Source of the DNA: Candidatus Campbellbacteria bacterium GW2011_OD1_34_28
GTDB lineage: Bacteria > Patescibacteriota > Minisyncoccia > Phycocordibacterales > UBA12079
NCBI GenBank assembly: GCA_001029775.1
Contig: CP011215.1
Location: forward strand, 32,148-96,147
Length of the DNA stretch: 64,000 bases
Direction of reading: 5' to 3'
Part shown: piece after piece, positions 8,290 to 18,000 of the stretch
How positions within the stretch are numbered: position 1 is the first letter of the stretch
Layout of the letters: every line of letters begins with the position of its first letter
Made by a program: the position numbers and the translations under genes
Notes under the pieces: generated by a model
What the model was told of the DNA's origin: nothing
What the model saw: the letters and a program-made list of their open reading frames with translations, nothing else
Database searches by the model: none

Positions 8290-8600
8290 TTATACTTGAT
8301 TTTCTGAAGCCCTGCCTCTTCTCTTCCAGGAAAGAGGCAGGGATTCACGAAGTTATTTTGGATTGCTTTGTCGTTTCGTTTCACTCCACTCCTCACAAAG
8401 ACGACGAAGTTGTCGTCTTTGTGAGGAGCTTGCGACGAAGCAATCCACGCCGTCCGTTCGTCGTTCTGGATCGCTTCGCTACCGCTCGCGAAGACGAAGT
8501 TTTGCTCCACAAAACTTCGTGACGAATTTCCGCAGGAAATTCGTCTTTGCGAGCGAAGCGAAGCAATCCACGTCGTTCATTTGTCTTCGTTACTATCGAC
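8290..8600. repeat. GC-rich hairpin-dense intergenic repeat element, copy 2
   Basis: Hairpins ccctgcctct..agaggcaggg, the 17-bp stem ctcctcacaaagacgac-gaagtt-gtcgtctttgtgaggag, gaagttttg..caaaacttc and gacgaatttcc-gcag-ggaaattcgtc, plus the family words gcgaagcaatccacgtcg and tctttgcgag. Confidence 0.6.
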
Positions 8601-11600
8601 TATAAACTATCGACTGTCGTCGTAGCTGTCGGTTCTACCACAGGATCTGTTGTCGTTGCTGGTTCTGTTGTTACAGCTGTTGAATCTTCAACAAGTACTG
8701 TTCTTGTACTTGTTGAAGTATTTGTTCCATCAAACGCTGTGTAAGTAACTGTGTATTCTCCGGCGATTGTTGTGTCTACTATATCTAGGTCGTGAGTATC
8801 TACTATTAGAGAGTTTCCTTGGTAGTCTACTGCTGTAGCGCCTAGATCAATATAGTTGCTGTTTATTTCTACTACGGCTGGGTTGTTGCCTGTGATTGTT
8901 ATAACTGGTGCGATAGCATTCTGGATTGCTTCGCTATCGTTCGCAGAGACGGAAGATGTGTTAGAAGAAGTATCTGTGTTTTCCAACAAACTTCTCAACT
9001 GATCTTTGTTTATACACACATCATCGATACAAATTTCTTGTCTCGCTTTTATTTTATCCGCAACCAATTCTGTAACCGAAGCCAAAACATTTGAAATTCT
9101 TTCATCCAATGTGTTTATCAATTCTTGCATTGCTTTTACAATCACCGAAGTCAATTTTGGATAATCAAGGTTCATGATAGTACCTTTGTCGTCGTGTCCG
9201 ATGACTTCGGGAATTAACAAGTCAACTTCTTCTGCGATGAATCCGATTTGAGTAGATGATGAATTAATAAAGTCTGATTTCCAATTGAATGATACAGGGC
9301 GTAATTGGAGTACTGTGTCTAGACCGTATGTTAGATCGTTTATGTTTGTTTTGAATCTCTCTGATGATGCTCCACAGGCGGTTGTTGATGTGGCTAGTTC
9401 TCCGCTGGTTGATATACAAGCGTAATAACCTGTTCCGTCGTTGGTTAGACCGGTGAAAGCAGCTGTTCCGTTTACGGAAAGAGTTCTCCATGGGGTGGTG
9501 GTGCCGATGCCGACGTTGCCACCGAAATAGTTCGTGCCACCTTGCGAATATATAGAATAATTATTTGAAGATCCTTTATTTGGAGTTTCTATGTATAGCT
9601 GATATTGATTGGCAAGGACACTGGCGCCTCCATTTTCATAATTATTAAGATAGATATTGTAAGCATTCGTCACATTACCAGACGATCCCCAAACGCCAGA
9701 ACCGGCTTCAGAATATATTCCATAGATATTGCCAATGTTAGCGGTGGATCCGGACATAGCTCCGCCATAAGCTGCTACTTTCATACCGTATATATTTGAT
9801 ATATTTGATACTCCTGCATTTTCCAATCCTGAAGCGGCAAAACCACTTGATTCTGTTCCAATTATAGTTGTCACATCTCCATTTCCATAGAAAGTTCCCT
9901 TGTTAACGGATCCCTTAATTTCTTGGGTATCGCCGGAACCATAAACTCTGGCATCAGAAAATGCTCCATAAACCCAATTAATATTACCATTTCCATCATG
10001 ATATGCTGTTGTTCTAATTCCTTGCATTCCTGAACTAGAAAAATTCGTATTATCTCCAAAAGGTGTTGAAATAGCATTATTAATACCAATACCTTGTCCT
10101 TCTTTTTCAATGCTCAGCTTCCCCAACGGACTCATCGTCCCCACACCCACATTCCCATTATTCAACACAGCAAACAAAGAAGTGGTTGCACTCGCTGTAG
10201 AGCTGGCGATATTGAACAAAGTTGTGTTTGTTTCTCCGTTGTTTGCGTGGATTGATAGTTTTGCAAAAGGTGAGGTGGTGCCGATGCCTATTTTGCCACT
10301 TGATAGAGTCGTTCCCGTTCCATTTATTCCTGTTCCAAAAATTAAGTTTCCAATGTTTAATTGATTTGAGGCGGTGGCAGAAGGAGCATCAACATCGTAA
10401 CCTATAACAAGGTTGTTTGATCCTGTTGTTAAATTATTACCTGCTTGGTATCCAAGAAAAATATTATTTGAACCAGAAACCAATGAACCTGCATTGTATC
10501 CAATACCAACACTCCTAGAAGGTGATCCCCCATAAGCCAAGGAATTTATGCCAATAGCGACATTATAACTTCCTGTACTGTTGTTATATAATACTGAATC
10601 TCCTATTCCAACGTTAGAAGCTCCTGTAGTATTTGAATAAAGTGACATATCTCCCACAGCGCTGTTCAATCCGCCTGTTGTATTTGAAACCAAAGATTCT
10701 GTTCCGAGAGCAATATTATAACCTCCGGAAATATTTGCATACAAAGACATTGATCCGCTTGCTATGTTACGAGAACCACCAATATTTGAAAATAAAGCAT
10801 AAGATCCTGAGGCTATATTATTATTTCCAGTCGTATTTGAATAAAGGGATGTGTATCCGCTGGCAACATTGTTGTATCCTTCGGTATTGAAATGCAAAGA
10901 CTTGTACCCAAAAGAAGCATTGAGATAGCCTGTCGTATTTGAATATAGCGACTGATATCCTACCGCTGCGTTTCTATAACCAGAAGTATTTGAACGCAAT
11001 GACTGATAACCAATACCAACATTATAATTATCTGTTAGATCATCACTTCTTCCAGCCTCATATCCAAAATAAGTAGAACCACCCAAACCGGTTTGAGAAA
11101 CCCTTCCATACACGGATAACTTTGCTCCTGCGTTTTCTGAGGTTGTTGTTCCAATACTAACTCTATTATTTACTGAATCAATAACCAGAGTATCTGTATC
11201 AAAAACAGCACTGTCTATTGTCAAATTTGAAATATTTCCGTTAGTAAAGTTTAATTCTGTTCCTGAAACATTTGAGGTGCTAATGTTTGAATCATAAATT
11301 TCAACCCCACCCAAATTATCTATATCGTTGGTAGCAGAGATCACTTGATATGTGTTGGTGATTTGAGCATTTGTATTTGATGAGAGTTTGTAGATTTCAC
11401 TTCTTAATTCGTTGTTTAGTTTTTGAAGATCTTCCAGTGTGACGCCTGGTGTTTGGATTACTCTTTCTACTACGGTTTCTTTTATTATTTCTCTGATTGG
11501 GTTTGTAACGATGGTGGTGGTCTTTGGGGTTGCGGGAACTGAAGGAACATTTTCCGAGATCTCACCTCTGTCCGCTTCGCTCTCCGAGGAAAGACCTCGG

Positions 11601-11869
11601 GAAATTTCGTCTTCGTTTGTGCTATTGGTTGTTAGCTGTCCACTGTCAGCTGTTTCTTCAGCGGAGCTGAAAAAACCCGAGATTGTTCTGTATACATAAA
11701 CAGCCGTCTTTTCAACGGTGTTCAAATTGGAAATATTTTGAACTTCACTCGCTTCAACTTTTTGTAGAAAAAGTAAATTATCATCATTTGCTAGAAAACC
11801 ACCTCCCAACATCAACATAACGGCAAATACGATAAAAAACTGTTTTATAAATTTATCAATAAGATTCAT
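8600..11869 (-). CDS. Giant secreted surface protein 1 (1089 aa), built like a phage tail fibre. Signal anchor, block shared with giant 2, 14-15-aa xNTAxGYxSLxSNTTG repeat array, intramolecular-chaperone (Peptidase S74) domain, coiled coil, DUF5011-type Ig domain, Thr/Pro-rich tail.
   Basis: N-terminal signal MNLIDKFIKQFFIVFAVMLMLGGG. About 20 tandem repeats of the type NAAVGYQSLYSNTTGYLNASFGYKSL. ASSERFKTNINDLTYGLDTVLQLRPVSFNWKSD...IGFIAEEVDLLIPEVI matches the tailspike C-terminal intramolecular-chaperone consensus. ITITGNNPAVVEINSNYIDLGATAVDYQGNSLIVDT...GEYTVTYTAFDG is DUF5011-like. Confidence 0.8.
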   Translation of the reverse strand: MNLIDKFIKQFFIVFAVMLMLGGGFLANDDNLLFLQKVEASEVQNISNLNTVEKTAVYVYRTISGFFSSAEETADSGQLTTNSTNEDEISRGLSSESEADRGEISENVPSVPATPKTTTIVTNPIREIIKETVVERVIQTPGVTLEDLQKLNNELRSEIYKLSSNTNAQITNTYQVISATNDIDNLGGVEIYDSNISTSNVSGTELNFTNGNISNLTIDSAVFDTDTLVIDSVNNRVSIGTTTSENAGAKLSVYGRVSQTGLGGSTYFGYEAGRSDDLTDNYNVGIGYQSLRSNTSGYRNAAVGYQSLYSNTTGYLNASFGYKSLHFNTEGYNNVASGYTSLYSNTTGNNNIASGSYALFSNIGGSRNIASGSMSLYANISGGYNIALGTESLVSNTTGGLNSAVGDMSLYSNTTGASNVGIGDSVLYNNSTGSYNVAIGINSLAYGGSPSRSVGIGYNAGSLVSGSNNIFLGYQAGNNLTTGSNNLVIGYDVDAPSATASNQLNIGNLIFGTGINGTGTTLSSGKIGIGTTSPFAKLSIHANNGETNTTLFNIASSTASATTSLFAVLNNGNVGVGTMSPLGKLSIEKEGQGIGINNAISTPFGDNTNFSSSGMQGIRTTAYHDGNGNINWVYGAFSDARVYGSGDTQEIKGSVNKGTFYGNGDVTTIIGTESSGFAASGLENAGVSNISNIYGMKVAAYGGAMSGSTANIGNIYGIYSEAGSGVWGSSGNVTNAYNIYLNNYENGGASVLANQYQLYIETPNKGSSNNYSIYSQGGTNYFGGNVGIGTTTPWRTLSVNGTAAFTGLTNDGTGYYACISTSGELATSTTACGASSERFKTNINDLTYGLDTVLQLRPVSFNWKSDFINSSSTQIGFIAEEVDLLIPEVIGHDDKGTIMNLDYPKLTSVIVKAMQELINTLDERISNVLASVTELVADKIKARQEICIDDVCINKDQLRSLLENTDTSSNTSSVSANDSEAIQNAIAPVITITGNNPAVVEINSNYIDLGATAVDYQGNSLIVDTHDLDIVDTTIAGEYTVTYTAFDGTNTSTSTRTVLVEDSTAVTTEPATTTDPVVEPTATTTVDSL

Positions 11870-11947
11870 TAATATTTAAAGTTATTATTTAATATTATTA
11901 TAGTAATAATAACACAATAGATAATGAAAAATATTATAAAGACTGTG

Positions 11948-12035
11948 GATTTCTTTCTATTTATATAGACCTGTCAATTTTTTAACCAAAAAATCTGACA
12001 AAGACTTTAAATATTCATCGTCATAAACAAAGACA
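11948..12035. repeat. Duplicated fragment of the obg 3' end and its downstream sequence
   Basis: About 85 bp (tatatagacctgtcaattttttaaccaaaaaatctgacaaagactttaaatattcatcgtcataaaca) nearly identical to 18905-18990 (the obg stop-codon region). Lies between giant genes 1 and 2. Confidence 0.7.
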
Positions 12036-12076
12036 ACATTCTCACAGAAAAAGAGGATTTTCGTCTGCATTATTCC

Positions 12077-15000
12077 CTATTGACTATCAACTACCGGTTC
12101 CGTCGTTGTAGCTACAGAATCTAGACTATCGACTATTGCCTCTTCAACAAGTACTATTCTCGTACTTGTTGAAGTCAGTGTTCCATCAAACGCTGTGTAA
12201 GTAACTGTGTATTCTCCTGCTGTTGTTGTGTCTACTGTATCTGCGTCTATTGTATCTACTATTAGAGAGTTTCCTTGATAGTCTACTGCTGTAGCGCCTA
12301 GATCAATATAGTTGCTGTTTATTTCTACTACGGCTGGGTTGTTGCCTGTGATTGTTATTGTGGGAGGAGTGGTGTTTGAAGGTTCTGCTGTTGGCTGTTG
12401 GCTGTTGGCTGTATTAGTGTTATCAACACCCTCTAAAGCATTCAATCTAGCTTCCAATTCATTCAATCTATTTTCAAGACCAGAAACTTTTGCGATCAAT
12501 TCTTGTGTCTTGTTCCAAATTTCCTTAATCGCATTTACCAAAACCGAAGTCAGCTTTGGATAATCAAGGTTCATGATAGTACCTTTGTCGTCGTGTCCGA
12601 TAACTTCGGGAATTAACAAGTCAACTTCTTCTGCGATGAATCCGATTTGAGTAGATGATGAATTAATAAAGTCTGATTTCCAGTTGAAAGATACAGGGCG
12701 TAGTTGAAGGACTGTGTCTAGACCGTATGTTAGATCGTTGATGTTTGTTTTAAATCTTTCTGACGATGCTCCACAAGCGGTTGTTGATGTGGCTAGTTCT
12801 CCTGTTCCAGCGTTGGCACAGACATAATAGCCAGTGCCGTTGTTAGCAAGACTTTGAAACGCTACTGTTCCATCTACGGTTAGTTTGTAATTTGGAGTAG
12901 TTGAACCGATTCCGATGTTGCCGGTTGAGATGGTTGTGCCGTTTCCATCTATACCTGTCCCAAAGATTAGATTTCCAATTGTCATTGTGTTATTACTTGT
13001 TGCCGTTGGTGAATCAATGTTGTAACCAATAACTATGTTGTTGTCTCCCGTTGTTAAGGTCTCTCCAGCCTGATAGCCAAGTAATATATTATTATCTCCT
13101 GTCGTTAAATTAACCCCAGATCGATACCCAATAATAACACCCCCCTGATTGTAGGATACTGTGCTAACACCTTGACCGGCTTGATAACCGATCGCAACAG
13201 TAGAAGTAGCTGATCCATTATATCGATTTGCCTGAGTACCTATTGCCACATTTGAAGAACCTGTTCGATTACTACGAAGAGATTCAGACCCAATTGAAGT
13301 ATTGTAAGTTCCTGTAGTATTTAAAGACAGCGAATCATATCCGAGAGCGCTATTATAATTTCCTGTGGTGTTATTAGTTAAAGAAAAACCGGCGGCCATA
13401 TTATAAGAACCTGTTGTATTTGCACCCATGCTTAAACCTCCAACGGCTGTATTATAAATTCCTGTTGTATTGACATCCAAGGCACCAGCTCCAACCGCGG
13501 TATTATAATAACCTGTAGTATTGGCTTTCAATGCTTGATAGCCTACAGCAGTATTACTACTACTTGTTGTTGCTAAATAAAGTGCTTCGTAACCCAAAGC
13601 GGTGTTATTTAGAGCACCACTCAACAAAGCGTTTCCTGCTCCAATACCGACAGAAACAGAACGACTGGTTGAAGAGGCAAAAAGTATTTTGCTTCCCCCA
13701 ATAGAATATCCTCCATTTGTTGTATCTGTAGAATTAAATGCTGTTGCAGAAATCGATGAGGTTGCTGTTAAACTATTGACGGTTAAATCACCAGATATCC
13801 ACGCACTACCTTCTACACTCAACTTTCTGAAAGGTGAGGTGGTGCCGATGCCCACATTCCCCTTCAAAGCCGTAGTTGTGATACTGTCATTTCCAAGAAC
13901 AACAGAGTTGCTTCCTACTCCTGTGGCATCGTAACCGATTACAATTTCGTTTTGGTCATTGTCAGCAAGGGCTTTGGTGTTGTAGCCTAAGAATGTATTG
14001 TAGTCTCCTGTTGTGTTACCTGTTGAGCCGTTGGCAATGTAGCGACCTGCATTGTATCCAAAGGCTATATTATAATGACCTGTGGAGTTAGCATAGAGAG
14101 AAGAATAACCAACTGCAGTGTTATACATACCCGTAGAGTTGGCATAAAGAGAAGTGTACCCACTTGCAGTGTTGTATCTGCCTGAAGTGTTTGAAAAGAG
14201 AGATTCATAACCACTTGCAGTGTTGTGATAACCGGAGGTGTTGGACTGAAGAGAAGAATATCCAATCGCGGTGTTGTGATAACCGGTGTTGTTGTTATAC
14301 ATAGAGCTACCACCATAAGCAGTATTACGGTAACCTGTGGTATTAAGGTATAAAGTAAAAATTCCACTTGCGGTGTTACCATAACCAGTATTATTGGTGA
14401 AAAGAGCATTAACACCATTTGCAGTGTTAAAGTAACCTAGAGTATTTGCATAAAGAGCACGGTAACCTGTTGCGGTGTTATAACTGCCATGACTTGCGCT
14501 TGTCGCCGTGCTACCCATCGTAAGATTTCCCGCTTCTTCTCCCACAAAAGTATTCTGTCCTGTTGTCGTCACAGTTCCGTTGTTTCCATAATTGAAATTA
14601 TGAATGAAACTTGTTCCGTTTTTTGAGATTACCCCGTATTGATTTGTATTAGTGGTGTTGTCCAAATTCAAATTACCTTGATAGATATCGAGTTTTGCAG
14701 AAGGAGTCATTGTTCCTATTCCTGTATACCCAGAAGGGCCAGCAAAAAAAGAAATGAAATCTTGAACTCCATCGTTTGTTCCTATTAAAACACTATTGGC
14801 AATATTATTATTTAAAGAACCTCCTCCTGATCCACTATAGCCAAAACCTATAGTAATTGATTTCGTCGCCGAAGCCTTCGCTGTGCCTCCTAAAACAACT
14901 GAATACTGACCGGCAGCTGTTGCCCCTCCTTTTCCAAAAACAGAAGAATACTGCCCACTAGCAATACCTGAACCAACAACAATAGACCCTTCACCTGTTG

Positions 15001-18000
15001 CACTACTACTTTCTCCTAATGCTATGGATTTCCATCCACTTGCAGAACCATTAATCATGGAAACATTAACGCCACCAGAAGAGTTAACCTTAAATCCATT
15101 AGACACTTCTAGTTTGGCTGTCGGACTCGCCGTCCCAATGCCCACATTCCCCGTACTCCTATCCACCACCAATTTGTTTGTTCCCACAGCAAAACCACCA
15201 GCAAAAGTAGAAGTTGCTGTTGTTGAAGTTGCGTTGAAATAGTCGGCAACGACATCTCCGACAACGGAAAGTTTTGCGAAAGGTGAGGTGGTGCCGATGC
15301 CGACATTTCCTCCTAAAAACACCCCTGCATAATTGTTGATTGCTCCTGTAGAAGCATTCACCAATAACCCGTAGGCATTTGTTACTACGGCTTGGCTTGT
15401 GCTCACTGGTTTAGTTGGCACAAGAATACTATAAGCATTTGTAATAGAAACATTTGCACTTGTGCTTTTCCAAGGCCATGCGGTGACTAAACTTGCTGCT
15501 TCTGTAACCACTTGATTTGCAGTAGTGCTATACAGTTGCATATTACCCAATTTAGTTCCGTATATTGTATCGTAAGTCGTTGGATCAGAACCAGATAGAG
15601 TTACAAGATGATCACGCAATGTTATTCCCGTAACGCCCGAAGATGTCAATGTGGTGACGGGATTAATATCAAGAAATGATGCAGGGGCGGTAGTATTGAT
15701 TCCTAAATATCCAGATGAATTTATTCTTGCTCTTTCAAATGTATTAGCTGAACTACTTGTTGTCCAAAAACTAAGGTATCCCTGTGCATTTCCACCGGTC
15801 GAATTTTCCTTTGCTCCTTTTATTGAACCAAAAGTCCAAAAACCAGTTGAACCGGAGTATACACCACCCAATCCGATGCTTCCCCCTTTATTAATCGCGT
15901 TTGTATCAGTAGACATTACAAGCATATTACCGGCATATTGGTCATTGCTACCCAATACTAAATCGCTTCCACGTATATCAAGCGTACGCTGTGGGTTTAT
16001 CGTACCAAGGCCCACAACAGGTGTCGCGAGGTTAATATTTGAAGTCAAGCCATTAACAACCAATCCTGAAAACTGAGGAGAATCAGTCGTTCGCAGACTC
16101 TGGCTCAATGAGACATTGCCACCACTAATTGAGAGATTTCTGACAGTTTCATTTTTAATCCAAGTGGTCCCTATATATATTGAATTTGCTAAAGCAATAT
16201 ACCCGGTCGGAGTTAGATGCAAATAATCAGCGAGAGCATACGAGGCAAGAAGGGTGTCAGGATTGGTTGGATCTTCGAGCGCAGAATAAGCATCTATCCT
16301 ATAGTCAACATCGGATGCCATGTTAAGTATCCAATTATTAACATCTTCTAAAACTACCTGACGAGCTTCCGTCCATGAAGTGCTAGTTTTAAACGGAGTA
16401 ATCGTAACAGCCACAACCTTAGATCCGTTGGCGTTAGCCGCAGTGTACATAGCTTGTAAATTACTTTCAATAGTGGCGGCAGATGCGTTTGCTGCTATAT
16501 CATTTATACCTCCCAGGATAATTACATATTCAGCATCGTCAACTACTACATCACCAGAAAAACGCGCTGCCATTTGTGTAGTAGTATTGCCTCCAACGCC
16601 TTTGCTATTCACATTCCATAATGCCCCCAGTAAATCAGCCAATGCACTTCCATAGTTTGTTAAGCTATCACCTATAGCATATACTTGATGAGTTTGAAGA
16701 ATGTTCACTTTATTCAGAGAAATATCTCCGTTTACATCAAACTTCGCTCCCGGACTCTCCGTCCCCACCCCCACATTCCCTGTAGAATAATCAACAACAA
16801 ATTTGTTTGTTCCAACAGCCAAACCTCCTGCAAATGTAGAAGTTGCTGTGGCTGATGTTGCTGTAAAGTAAGGGGCAGAAATTGAACTTGTGGCAGTAAT
16901 TGAATTAGCGGTTAAATCACCACTGATCCACGCATTACCTTCTACACTCAACTTTCTGAAAGGTGAAGTCGTCCCAATCCCAACATTTCCACTTGCTCTC
17001 CAAACATCTGTTCCGTTGGATGTCCAATTACCAACGGCTGAACCTGATAAAAGATTACCACCCCAGTATAAATCATTGGAGATGTTGTAAAGTCTGTCGG
17101 TTGTGATTGATGGAGCTGATATTGGTGCAAGGTATGTTGCTCCGTTTACTGAAAGAGTATCTGAAGGTGTTGTTGATCCGATGCCTACACGGTTGTTGAT
17201 TGAATCGATGTAAAGAGTGTCTGTGTCAAAGATTGTGTCTCCTGATACGGTAAGAGTGTTTAGAGTGGTGTTGCCTGTTACAGTTAGATTGCCAGAGTAT
17301 GTTCCACTGGTTGCAGAAATAGGGCCACCGTATGTAGAGGTAGCTGTGCCTGTGACAGTTAGGTTTTGAATTGTTCCGTTGGTAAAGCTTAGTTCTGTTC
17401 CTGAGACATTTGAGGAACTGATGTTTGAGTCGGTGATTGTGACACTACCCAGATTGTCGATGTTGTTAGTAGCAGAGATTACTTGGTAGGTGTTGGTGAT
17501 TTGAGCATTTGTATTTGAAGAGAGTTTGTAGATTTCACTTCTCAGTTCGTTGTTTAGTTTTTGAAGATCTTCCAGTGTGATGCCGGATGTTTGGATTACT
17601 CTTTCTACAACAACTTCTTTGATTATTTCTCTGATTGGGTTTGTAACGATGGTGGTGGTCTTTGGAGTTGCGGGAACTGAAGGAACATTTTCCGAGATCT
17701 CGCCTCTGTCCGCTTCGCTCTCCGAGGAAAGACCTCGAGAAATTTCGTCTTCGTTTGTGCTATTGGTTGTTAGCTGTCCGCTGTCAGCTTCGTCAACGCT
17801 ATCAGCTGTTGGCTGTAAGCTATCAGCTTCGTTACTAAACAAATTATTAACAAACTTATACCAAACAATCGCAAACTGTTCCACAGGACTTGCTGTTTCG
17901 TAGACTGCTAAAGCTAGGTTGTTTACACCCGTCTTCGCGAACGAAGTGAAGCGACCTGCCTCGCCGGCAGGCAGGTCCATGTCGTCCGTTTTCTGGATTG

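Noticed and set aside
8256-8510. Longer N-terminal extensions of track ORFs (7662-8510 upstream part, 6721-7539, 4300-4863, 18900-19910, 12077-18589 first 16 codons).
   Set aside because: The extensions run through terminator hairpins, repeat elements or the ncRNA candidate. Canonical family N-termini begin at internal Met codons.
11439-11699. Plus-strand ORFs inside the giant genes. These include 11439-11699 and 17577-17903, which are identical to each other, and also 13602-13934, 15651-16076, 16380-16655, 9605-9799 and 10110-10364.
   Set aside because: They are antisense to long, well-supported minus-strand coding sequence with strong domain content. Their identity to each other just reflects the duplication of the underlying giant-gene segment.
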